In this document: in pieces, positions 63,759-64,000 of the stretch
Layout of the letters: each line of letters starts with the position of its first letter
Position numbering within the stretch: the first letter of the stretch is position 1
Assembly (NCBI RefSeq): GCF_009914755.1
Contig: NC_060931.1
Direction: 5' to 3' (one strand)
DNA: 64,000 bases
Source: the human T2T-CHM13v2.0 reference genome, Homo sapiens
Notes under the pieces: model-generated
Databases searched by the model: none
Told to the model about the DNA's origin: nothing
The model's input: the letters and a program-made list of their open reading frames with translations, nothing else
Position numbers and translations under genes: made by a program

Positions 63759-64000
63759 TCAACTATCATTAACAGTGTTCTACAACAGATCCCCCCGTGC
63801 CCCAACACACATAGACGCAGCTTAGGACCTCAGTGTAAGTCTGGGTCAAACTCTAGCCTCGGGGTCTGTCCTTAGGACCACACAGGCTCCAGCACTCAAG
63901 GTCCTGTGGTTTAGTAACATTGACACAAAGTGAACCATGGATCAGGCCAATGCTGTTTCGTACATGCAACAAGGAGACCAGGAACCACCTGATCTTTCCT

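Overview
Human genomic DNA: Alu-dense, with an AluYa5. I recognise it as the 7q35 ARHGEF5-NOBOX interval. The complete ARHGEF5 gene lies on the + strand: a CpG-island promoter with a non-coding exon 1 (donor at 21676/21677), then 14 coding exons (28838-46223) that splice by GT-AG rules into 4794 nt = 1597 aa (disordered Glu/Pro-rich N-terminus, DH, PH, SH3), and AATAAA at 46775. The last coding exon and 3' UTR of the oocyte homeobox gene NOBOX enter convergently on the - strand (63712 to ~63070). The rest is mostly transposon-derived: ~30 Alus, a full-length THE1A, MER41B, MST, MLT1, MER4, MER2, Tigger4, MER53, L1M/L2/L3 and a U6 fragment. The most notable structure is at 8373-9515. It is an L1-retrotransposed HERV-H read-through transcript (pol fragment + complete LTR7 + ~128 bp 3'-transduced flank + poly(A) + 16-bp TSD) that split a MER4 LTR and left an intact LTR7 pointing toward ARHGEF5. 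Other leads: a CTCF/AP-1/duplicated-YY1 cluster in intron 5; a MER41B with two GAS motifs beside a perfect 26-bp palindrome; a possible intron-2 polyadenylated N-terminal-only isoform; a degenerate ~35-bp array in intron 1; and several templated-insertion scars. Repeat subfamily names come from recalled consensus sequences, and repeat boundaries are approximate.
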